Source: Chrysomallon squamiferum
Lineage: Eukaryota; Animalia; Mollusca
Direction: 5' to 3'
DNA length: 64,000 nucleotides
Assembly: GCA_012295275.1 (NCBI GenBank)
Contig: CM022665.1
Coordinates: forward strand, 28,458,001 to 28,522,000
Part shown: positions 1 to 10,788 of the stretch, in pieces
How the letters are laid out: each line of letters starts with the position of its first letter
Numbering within the stretch: the first letter of the stretch is position 1
Notes under the pieces: model-generated
The model's input: the letters and a program-made list of their open reading frames with translations, nothing else
Told to the model about the DNA's origin: nothing
Database searches by the model: none
Translations under genes and position numbers: made by a program

Positions 1-539
1 AAAATAAAATATAAATAAAATTAAAAAGGATATTTAATTGAAATGTAGGACAAAAATTAACATTAGTCTTCACTTGGAAGGTTTACATTTCAGTGTTTAG
101 GTGCAACAGAATTTTATCTACAACTGGCAACACAGTAGAAAACAATCTTGTTAGAATTGGTCAATTCTTATGTAATTTTTCTTGAAAAACTACATCAGTT
201 TTTAAACAATTGCTTAAAACAAAAGACAGCCATCAACCAAATATATTTGTTTTATATAAAAGGATGACTTCTATCTACACATTACAAAGACATCAAAGTA
301 TTTAGAACATTAATTCAGTAAAATTCTGTATCAAAGGAAGGAATAAAAGTAAAATGTGGAAATTAACTATTATGGTTTGCATACATGAATGATTTGCAGT
401 CTTGAAAAGCATAATTTATGATGTTTTTCAATGTCAGAAGAAAATTTATAATCCTAAAAATAAAAGTAATATGGCTTAAAGTCCAGTGGAATCCAAATAT
501 GCAAAATTATATCAAGTGCACATTGATGGACATCTATAG

Positions 540-900
540 TTACAGAAATACACCCAAGTCCATATTAATGATGCATTTGGCCTATGTTCATGTTTGAACA
601 AACCACCAGGATGATTTTTACATTGTCTTCTGGCAATTACTTTCTTACTTTCATCACTATTTCACCATGAAGTAGGGAATTGTAAACGTATACTGTGTAA
701 ATTGCAGCTGGGGAACTAATCCAATGATTGGAACTGGCATGGATGAACTATATGAATTCCCTTTGTGTTTTTCCATAATTATTCACAGTTTGTAGAATAT
801 GTGTTTGTAGGCCAAAAAGGGACGGATCGATTTTACTGACAAGTTTGCTAATGTATCCCATGTGTCAATTGGTCAACCAGTTTGAACTGTAGATGTCAAT
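540..900 (-). pseudogene. Degenerate Ulp1/SENP-like (C48-type) cysteine peptidase coding relic, probably transposon-derived, in FAM98 intron 1
   Basis: Manual minus-strand translation from 879: WLTN*HMGYISKLVSKIDPSLFGLQ...EFI*FIHASSNHWIS...TVYVYNSLLHG...VRK*L, then after a frameshift DLGVF (560-546). This follows the WLxDxH / QIxH..NHW / VYDSL / DCGxF pattern of invertebrate Ulp1-like peptidases. The stops (TGA, TAG, TAA) are consistent with C>T decay. Confidence 0.6.
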
Positions 901-1941
901 ATTCAGAGTTGTTTCTTGTGTGGGATAGAAATGGCTTATACAGCTTTGCCCTTGTTTTTTACAGGAACATCATGATATCAAGCATTTCAGTAAGGTATTT
1001 CACACATCTGGCTTGTTACCTATTCCTCCAATGTCACCTATGTACTTCAGGAGAACACCTTGACATTAGAATCTAAGAGTCCTTCTGGGTACATAAATTA
1101 CAAGACAGTGGGCCTGGTAGCTTGGTGCTGAATGGATTTATATACTGTTATCTTTATTTCTGGAACATTCCAATGCCTATCTGATAGTTCTGCAATAAAC
1201 TAATTGAAATAATAATTCATAAGTAATTTAATTTCATGGTGAGGCAATTATTTAGAAAATGAATTTTTTCTTTCTCTACATTATAAACTGAATTGGGTTT
1301 GCCAATTTAAACTGCATTTTAATTTTAATGTCGGAACATCAACATTAACATGTCAATGATGATGATAAACAGCATAACAGAGATGCAATGTCAAGTATGC
1401 TGTGCATTTTATTGATCTTAACAATGCAAAGTGCAATCTTAAGATCTGCAAATCACAGAGTATATGCACCATCCCATAGATAGGAAAGCATATACTATAG
1501 CCTTTGACAAAGCAATCAAGGGACTGACTTTTTTTTTGGGGGGGGGGGAAAGAAGTAATTTGTATTTCATACATTTTATCACCTTTTGATTTGTAAGAAA
1601 TAAATCTTTAGTGAAAACACTGTACTTCAATTATTATATGTGGCATGAAGCACTATTATATAGTAGTAAATATAATATGATGGTTTAAATCTAGTAAATA
1701 CTAATAAATATTAATTAATATTTGAAATATTGTGTTTTACAGTACACCTGTGTTAAAACTATTTCACGTTACTGGTTAATTATAATGTTTTATAATAGCG
1801 TGGAAAACTGTAATTCGATTATAATCTGATCATATCATTAAAATTTATCACAGAGTTGGAATAATCATAACCGTCACGATTATACTGTAATAAAAATATA
1901 AAGATTTCTGCTGCTGAAAGCACTAGGATATCTGACATCGT

Positions 1942-1986
<45 letters not shown>

Positions 1987-2180
1987 TATAGATATAGATA
2001 TAAAATGAGATAAATATTTTCTAAGAAGATATTTAATGGGGCAAAGTGACAACGGGCAGTCTGACCCTGGGTCGAACTACCATTGTACCGGTGGAAACGT
2101 CTGGCATCATTTTAACTGAGAGGCCATGCGATTTGGGGCAGTTTCGCAAATAGACAAATAATACACATGACAAAATATAC

Positions 2181-2218
2181 CCGAGATCTTCCAAAGAATC
2201 CAGAATATCATTTTCCAT
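2181..2218 (-). CDS. FAM98: FAM98 family protein, first coding exon (rest of gene lies left of the window)
   Basis: ATG at 2218 gives MENDILDSLEDLG followed by a GT donor at 2180-2179 (phase 2). Nearly identical to the conserved FAM98A N-terminus METDILESLEDLGY. No downstream exon was found in 1-2180. Confidence 0.8.
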
Positions 2219-3417
2219 TGCTGACAACAAAAAATTAAATCTCAGACAAACAGTAATTTAAAACTTCAGCTAAAATTCCAGCCGAACAGTTTCTCTGCTT
2301 GCTGCGTTTTTCTGCACCGAATCTCGTTAGACGTACGCTTGTATCTTTCTTTGAACTAACTCCAGTCGACTTAAGTTTTACAAGTGGGGAGGGAAGAAAA
2401 GAAAGACAAGAAAAGTTATAGGCTTAAATGTTTTGGGGGTTTTGGTGGTTTGTTTTTTCACTAAACTAATTATAATATTATTATTATTATATTTTTAAAC
2501 TATATGAAACTGTTGATTTTAATGACATCAGCTTAATCTAAGATTAAGAACTAAATTAATTTAATTATGCAACAGTTAAATTAAGGTTACGATATCTGAA
2601 TGTTTAAAAACATATTTATGACAGTAAATGAGTAATATTAGTGAAAAGCAAACGATCGATCGATCAGAACCATATATAAATTTCACCAATATTAATATTA
2701 TTTATTTATTTTATTTATTTTTTATTTTTATATTTTGTTTTCAACTTTTCTCGAACCTTAATGCCTTGTCAGTTAAGCCTAGGGCATCAAGCTGGTTGTA
2801 ATAATAATAACGATTACAATTCATTCATTCATTGTTTGATTCATTCATTCATTCATTACATAGTCCAAATATTTTTCAGATTGGATCAAAGAATGGCGCC
2901 AAAATAATGTTTGTAAATTGCCATCAGTGGGATCAACCTGATATGCCTCAAGGACCACAGGTAAGAATATATAAATTAATGCATCTGTGGGGTAGTCTAA
3001 AACAATACCCTTACCTCAAATAAGTCTTACTTTTACAAGGTAATTATGAAATGTTTGTACATTTACGTCAAACTGAATACTAAATTTTATTTTCCCCGAA
3101 CAAAATGGGGTTTCCCACTTTATTTTTGACCCACTCCGCCAAAGATTATTTGTTTTGTGGTTGTTGTTTTTTAATTTATTTTTATTTTATTATTATTATT
3201 TTCTTATATACTATTTATTATTTTTATTTATTTATTTATGTGTATGTCGTTGTTTTTAATAAAATAATTATGTCGTTGTTTTTAATAAAAAAATAATAAT
3301 AATAATAATAAAAAGGTTTCAACATAATCGAACACGACCTAGTATTATCGTTATACAAATTATTTATAATTTAAACTACCGAGTTCAGCAAAAACATGTG
3401 TTTCATTTAACTCTAAC

Positions 3418-3424
3418 CCGGAAG
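3418..3424 (+). promoter_or_regulatory. Ets/GABP-type CCGGAAG motif in the FAM98/PSMD8 divergent promoter region
   Basis: CCGGAAG about 110 bp upstream of the PSMD8 ATG; GC-box-like CCCACTCCGCC at about 3130-3140. Motif match only. Confidence 0.35.
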
Positions 3425-3530
3425 CTTTTATTTCCTCCTATAACTAAAAATGGTGTATCAGGTACATCCGTTTCCAGCATATATCAACCAATCCGCTAAG
3501 GCCAAACCATTAACTGCGGTACAAAAGAAA

Positions 3531-6500
3531 ATGTCTTCTTTGAAAGAAATTGTTGGTTTGTATCAGAATTTAAAGCGTGAATTCGACAAGAAACCACCCA
3601 ATTTAGATAGGTGTGGTGAATTCCTCACAAAACTAAAGGTTTGTGAAATAAACGGAAATGTTCTTATGTGGGTTCTTTTAAAATATTCCCATGTGATTAT
3701 ATGTATAGTTGTTTATATAATATTTCAAAACTGCTTTGTCATTCAAACTGAGACGCTGTTTTAGTGTCAGTAAATTTTGGCGTATAAAAAAAATAAAAAA
3801 ACCCAACAAAAACAACAACTTGGATTGTTACTCAAATTTGTTAATGGCCCAGTCGCAGTGAAATTACCATTAGAATAAAGATTTTGACAAAATATAGTAA
3901 ACAGTTAAAATACTTAATCAGTTACTGTAACTTAGTTGTGAAATTTATTTTATATTGTTATTTATTATTTTATTTATTGTGTGGACTTTTTAAAAAGGAA
4001 TAATACATCTTAATATAGTTCTAAACTATTGTATAGACGATTAAAATAAATGATTAAATGTCTTCTATCATGATATCATCAGTTAGCTGCTGTATTGTTT
4101 ATTTTTGTGGTTGCCTCAAATGATCCTAGTATTACTATTAGTAATGTTCTGTTTTCAACATTAGTACGCTGTAATATTTTGGACTTCAAAAGTGTTTTCT
4201 ACTACTTCTGATGCCAAGAATGCATCTATTTGTATTGTTTTATTTCAGATTGCTCTTACTTCGGTAACATTTTTGCCAACTGATGAGTCAAATCCATCAA
4301 AACAGGAACTCCTGATTGCAAGTAAGATGTTAAATCTATATATATTTTTTAAACACACACATTAACACACACAGTGGGTGTCATAAATTTGAGAAAAATT
4401 CAGACTAGGGATAACTAAAAACATTTAAATTTGCAGATTAAACTGTTGACTCTTGTTTTCATGTAACCTTTTACCAGTAATTAACATATACATAGCAATT
4501 TTAAATTCTAATCACAGCTGATTTAATTTAATTATTATTATTGTTATATTCTAATCACAGCTGATTTAATTTCATTATTATTATTATTTTTTTTTTTTTT
4601 TATTTATTTTTTTATTTTTTTAATTGTTAATATTATTGGGTTTTGGTTTTTTTTAATTATTATTATTATTTTTTTTTTTTACAGGAGATGTTCTGGAAAT
4701 AGGTGCACAATGGGCAATAGCTAAGAGAGATATACCTGCATTTGAGCGCTATATGGCTCAACTGAAATGTTACTACATGGATTATAAGTAAGTGAACTTT
4801 TATTTTTATTCAGTTTCATGATTTCATTTAATATGATGAAACTTGTTAAAGTATAAGATTATAATATCATTATTTTAAAAAATGGTACAGAAACTTGACA
4901 GATAATACTTTGATTTCCACATCTGAACTTGCATAGTCCAATATCTGCATAAAGGTTTTGTGGAACATATAACTAACTTAAAGACAATTTGAATAATTCC
5001 AAGAGATTATTTTAATTATTTTCTTTCAATGAACATTTGCTGATAATACATATACTGATATAGAAATAAATAACAATTTCATGATGATGTGTATAAAGTT
5101 GACATTATTGTTTTTTCAAGCTGTCATTTTACTTGTTAGAAATTTAATATATATAAAATGACTTACTCAACTTGATATTCAGGCCTGTGTTTAGTCAGTG
5201 ATACATATGTTTGTTTTGCAGAGACAATTTGCCAGAATCAGCATACAAATACCAGCTCTTAGGTCTGAATTTGTTATGTCTTTTGTCACAAAATAGACTT
5301 GCAGAATTTCATACAGTAAGTAATTACCAAATATCAATCAGGTTGTGTTATTTAAACACTTATTTATTCAGGAATAAGTAGAGCAGTGCTTCAAGAAATA
5401 TATTGTTTAGGTACTCATGTTTGTCTGATATATCACATAATCATTAGACAAAACTAATAACTGTCACAGATTTAATAATGAAGGATTTCTTTTATTCTTT
5501 TTTCCCTGAAATCAACACTGTATCTCTGCTTTTATAAGCTAAAGTATTATACTCATCATTGTTTGGATTAGGAAACCACCAAAAGACACACTGAACTTTG
5601 ATCCATCAACCTTTCAAATCTCTGGATAACATCTAAACTGCTTTCCTTGTTTCTTATATTTTGAGGGTACCATAGCAAAAATTTAAGAGAACAGGCTAGG
5701 CAAAAAAAAGAAATCATTTTTTAGTTTTTGACACGGCCATTAACAAAAAATATTATGTTTTCTATTCACACAAGTTAAAAAGCCAAAATAAACTTAATTT
5801 TGTGAAGTGCCTATCATTGAAATTTACATGTTTTAGACAAATTCTGTGTTTATTTCTGGATTTTATTTTTGATGTGTGTTTGCTGAAACTTCCCTGAAAT
5901 CTGACATTCTGCATGCCATTGGAAGACCCCATTTTCTCAGAGCATTGTGAGAACAATGGTTTAAAAACAGATACAAATTCCATCAAAATATTCCTTCATT
6001 TAATGCACCCCCCTTCTGAGAACATGAGAAAAAATTAAGATAAGATCAGTCAAGGATTGTTTGTATGATATCACATGACTTGTTGCAACATTCATATTGA
6101 TTAATACTGTTTCAGCATTATTTTCTGTGACATTATTTACCTCCATTGATAGTTTATTTCCCCGTGCTGCTTGTTTGAGATTTAAATTTTTGAAATCATG
6201 GAGACTTACCATGGAAAGAAAACCACAAAACAGTTCAGAAAATGATGAAACAGATACAAGAGTATCTTATGATGACTTGGGGACATACGTCAATGTATGG
6301 TGCAGGCTGTGTAATTGATTTAATTACATCAATGTCTGAAAGGGAAATTCCAAAATAGTAATGAGAGCAAAATGCAATGATTTGGCAGAAATGCACAAAG
6401 ACAGACATTGCAGGAAAATTAAGAGTGGACAGTGGGGTTGCAATAGCAGTGAATGAATTCAGTGAGGGCTGTGTAAAAGGTGTTACCAATACAGCTGTAG

Positions 6501-8868
6501 CACTAGGTTTACAAAAGTAGGTGGAGCATCTATGAAGCTGACCCATTCAACATGATGGAAAGAAAATCTGTAATCTAAACAAGACACAGGGAATTAAGAC
6601 ACTAGAAAAGGATTTAGAAACAGGAAATGCTTGATGCCGCTGAAAGTGAACCTTCATATGCCGCTGGAGAAATCAAAATGTGAATATAACTTCCAAGTGA
6701 CAAATACGAACTACACATAAAATAACAATAATGTGTATAAAAAGTTTTTTTTCAGATAGATGCTGAAGTTTTTTTCCAGAAGGAAATACCTACATACAGA
6801 TATCATAATAACTATGTATAAACGTACATCGTCACCACTATAGTTAGAATGAGTAGAAATACAGTTATAAAACTTTATTTGCTGTTTTCTCACATTTTGA
6901 TTTTCATACTTTTCTAAATGTTTTGGAAGCTCCTGCATGAAAATTATTTGTACTAGAGATGCACAATTTGGATTATATATTTTTAGAAATGAACACCATA
7001 AAATGACAAAGAAAATCTTGAAAAAAATTGACTATTCTTTTCATATATCATTTATAATGTGTCCAGTTTTAAGAAATACGAGTGAAAAACATAATATATA
7101 TTTTTTAAATATTTCTTTTGAAGCATGTAAAAAAGGCTAATGCCTTTGATCAACCCCAGCTGTTTTGGATGTATCTATACTGGTTTGGGCAGGATATTTT
7201 CACAAAAAAGGTGTACAGAAATATTAAATATGGCCAAAATAAAAATAACCATTTGTCATAAAAAAAATAAACTAGTACTAGTTTTTTTATGGTAACAAAA
7301 GGGGATTATTTCCATCAAGTTTCAATTTTATAATGTAAAAAATAACGATTTTGGATTTTCATCATGTGTCCCCTTAAAAAACAAATCATTGTGATATATT
7401 TATTTAATATACGTATATAATGTATATTAACAAATTGTTGTAGGAGTTAGAACTTCTACCTGTGAAAGAAATCCAGTCAAATATTTATATCAAGCATCCA
7501 GTGTCTATGGAACAGTATCTGATGGAGGGAAGTTACAACAAGGTCAGTGTTTTATTGTTTTAAAAAGTTTAACAAGGATTGAAATTTTACATTAAAAACT
7601 TTTTTGTTTGTGTATAAATTAAACAGTTCATAAATGAAGTAAGTAAATATAAAACATTGAATCTGCATAACACTCTTTTTCATACATATAGATATAATTC
7701 GAATGAGATTTTGTAGTTGCTGTTTATATTGTTTCATTTACATGAATAATATTTTAATTAAGTATTGTGGGGTTTTTTTAGCTTAATTAAGTTTGTATAA
7801 TTAGAAAAAAAGTATGTAATTTAATAATTCAGATATCTTATGATTTTTCTTTCTTTTTCTTTTTTTTTAATTTTTTAAAATTTATGTTTCACACAGGTGT
7901 TTTTAGCTAGGGGTAATGTGCCAGCAGAGAATTACAACTTTTTCATAGATATTCTTCTGAACACCATCAGGTAAAAATAATGATGTGACAAAAGAAAAAT
8001 ATATTTTCTATTTCTGTAATATTTTTGTGAAAAAATTGTCTATCTTGATTCCTGTCTGAAAACTAGTATAGAGATGGGAAAAGTGACATTCTTTCTTCAT
8101 TGTTTTAAAATATTAAAGCACTTTAAAATATGATTAACAACTTCAGAAACTAACTATAATCTTAAAACTGTCTTATCAGAAAAATAATAAACACTAAAAA
8201 AACAAAAATAAAATAAATTATCATTGTGTAAAATAATTTAAAGATGAGAATATTTCAGCAATCTGATTTTAACACTGTATTTTCAGAGATGAAATAGCCT
8301 TGTGTATAGAAAAAGCCTATGACAGAATAGCATTAAGTGAAGCAGCCAGGATGTTATTTTTTGAAAGACAAAAACCTATGAGAGAATATGCATTACAGGT
8401 AAAATCAGAACTTATATTAGAAACTACCAATCAGATTAGAGTAATGCATGTATGGGGGGATTAGCACATGGATCGAATGTTTTCACCTTCTGTTTGCATG
8501 TATGGTGTTATTGTCTTTATTTTTAAGATCTTACTGTTAGTCTCATGCAACTGATACATTGTTTAGTTAACAAATTAAATGTTTTGTTGTTTTATCTGAT
8601 GACTCGCTTGTCTTTTGGGCCTACTTTGTCTCATGTTTAATCAAAGTCTGATGATAACTGTTCAGTAATTCTTATGTCCAAGTTTATTACTGCTGCAATT
8701 ATTTTCATTTCTTTTTATTGTATTATTTTGCAGAGAAAATGGATTTCAGGATCTGATAATTTCTTTTCATTCAACCAAGAAACAAAAGACACAGACGAAG
8801 TGATTCCAGCAAAATTGTTAGCTGAGCAGACAATAGAATATGCCAGGCAGTTAGAAATGATTGTTTAG
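3531..8868 (+). CDS. PSMD8: 26S proteasome non-ATPase regulatory subunit 8 (Rpn12), 8 coding exons, 265 aa
   Basis: join(3531..3638,4249..4321,4685..4787,5222..5315,7444..7542,7897..7970,8287..8398,8734..8868) = 798 nt, all introns GT-AG with consistent phases. Diagnostic motifs: [79 protein letters not shown]. Confidence 0.97.
5665..7373 (+). mobile_element. Non-autonomous, internally deleted Kolobok-like DNA transposon in PSMD8 intron 4
   Basis: About 6280-6670 translates (with frameshifts and stops) as [40 protein letters not shown]...EPSYAAGE, matching the transposase C-terminal pattern CLxGxTQNxNESxNxxIWxxCPK...AVxxFNxG...YxAG. The right end ...CATGTGTCCCC abuts TTAA (7374-7377). The left end TTGA|GGGTACCAT is a degenerate inverted match, so that boundary is uncertain. 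Confidence 0.6.
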
Positions 8869-9218
8869 AATACTGAAAAACTGTGTTATAACAGTTGTGT
8901 GAGGCTCACTCCAAAAAAAAAAAAAACATGATGCAGAAATGATAATTAAAAATAATACAAAAATGCATGAAAGTGCAAGGTTGTTTATGTTATCAGTAAC
9001 ATTTCAAATAGTTTGTATTTTATTAGCAAACAAATTTTTAAGTCGCATTTTTTTTGAAGTATGAAAAAAGTCAGACTACTTCTACCTTTAATTTTGATTT
9101 ATATCTGAATTCTTCTCAGAAAAAAAGAAAAAACCCTGCTGTTTCATCTGTGTACAGAGTACCATTCCTTTAGACAAGTGATTGGACACTGAACCTGTAT
9201 GTATATTCAAAATATTAC

Positions 9219-9224
9219 AATAAA
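9219..9224 (+). terminator. Candidate polyadenylation signal of PSMD8
   Basis: AATAAA 350 bp after the stop, followed by a GT/T-rich tract (GTTCTGGTTTGTT at about 9240). Confidence 0.5.
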
Positions 9225-10289
9225 CCATATAATATGTCAGTTCTGGTTTGTTATATATTTTTGATGTTCAATTAAAATTCATGTGTTTGTTCAATTTGAA
9301 TTTATATATATATATATATGCTAAAACATCAGTGGCAGTAAAATAGTAACATAGATGGAAAAAATAACTGCAACAATGTAGGGTTTTTTTTTAAAGTTGC
9401 CACATTGTGTGAATAAAATTATATTCTCAACAAGACAGTTAAACACTATATGTGATTATTTTGGCATTTTTAATTTGTTTTGTGAAATACAACATATTCT
9501 GATCCATACAAAGAACTCTTGAAACAAAACATAATAGGCTAAAATATTTTCAATGAATATGTGAGTGATGGAATTTATTTTATTTAAAAAGGAAATTAAT
9601 ATTTATTCAATAAATGGCCAATTTCATTGTTTTGAGTTCAAACATGAAGCACTTTTTATTTTTTTCTTCATCAGGTGACAGTAACAAATAGGCCATTAAC
9701 TACCACAAAAGTTTGCTATTATGCAAGCAATTAGTGAAAAAAAAGAAGATAGACACAGTTATAGATAAACAGCGAGTTAGTCAAAAGTGGGAGAGTTGTT
9801 TTTTATGACAATGGATCTGAAATGCACATTTCTAACTGATTTTACTTATTAATAATTAATTTTGAAAAATAAAATGTTAGCCAACACACAGAGTAGACTC
9901 TGTTTAGGAAGAGAGTGGTGTTTGTATTTTGCTCTTGTTACCAATTCTTCTAATCAGTTTACATGTACCAGTAAAATGTTGAAAAAAAGAAAAGATTTTA
10001 AAACAATTAGTTCTCAGGCAACAAAAAGGATATACCAGTATTTCCTTCAAATTAATTTTATGATCAGAATAGAATTATACAATATATAAAGTGTGGAACG
10101 GTACACTAACGCTACATTTTCTCAACATGTTTTTTGGAAATAGGTATATATTTTTCACATATACTATTACCATGACAAAATATTTTCAGTATATACACAG
10201 AGGAGATCAGTTTATTAATATCCATTGTTAAATAACAACCTTAAAATACAAATCTTTACAGTCTAATTTAAAAAAAAATAAAAAAAAAA

Positions 10290-10332
<43 letters not shown>

Positions 10333-10616
10333 TTATTTATTTATTTATTTTTTTATTATTATTTTTTTTTTTAAAGGCTAAATTAACTTTGTTCTTCTGG
10401 AGAAAAGGTATGCAACAAAAGACTCCAGTCCAGCAAAAAAGAAAAACAAAACAACTAATGAATTCACTCATACTGTAACTGTGTTTTTCAATTACAGTAT
10501 TCAATACCGTGTTGTTTTGTTTTTGGGATATATATCTCTCTATCTATCTATTTATATACGCATATAAATAAATAAATAAACTGTAACACTTAGTGGTACA
10601 AACAACCCATATCAAT

Positions 10617-10715
10617 GCGGAAGTACAGTGCTTGCAACTAATATCTGAGTTATCTCCCTTAATGTTAATACTCGCGACTGACATCCTCGAAAGTGAAACA
10701 AAAACAAATATGGCG
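10617..10715 (+). promoter_or_regulatory. Probable ATG2 core promoter / 5' leader with Ets and YY1-like motifs
   Basis: GCGGAAGT at 10617-10624, AATATGGCG (YY1 consensus AANATGGCG) at 10707-10715, and local CpG enrichment in an otherwise CpG-poor region. Confidence 0.45.
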
Positions 10716-10788
10716 TTTAATGTTTTGGTTGGTGAACTTTTCTCTTTTCTGTAACAGTGTTGGTTACTCATAACATTTTAAGCAAACG

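Noticed and set aside
4506-4583. Short local duplications (also about 36370-36490 and 45421-45670)
   Set aside because: Ordinary two-copy intronic slippage duplications with no sign of function.
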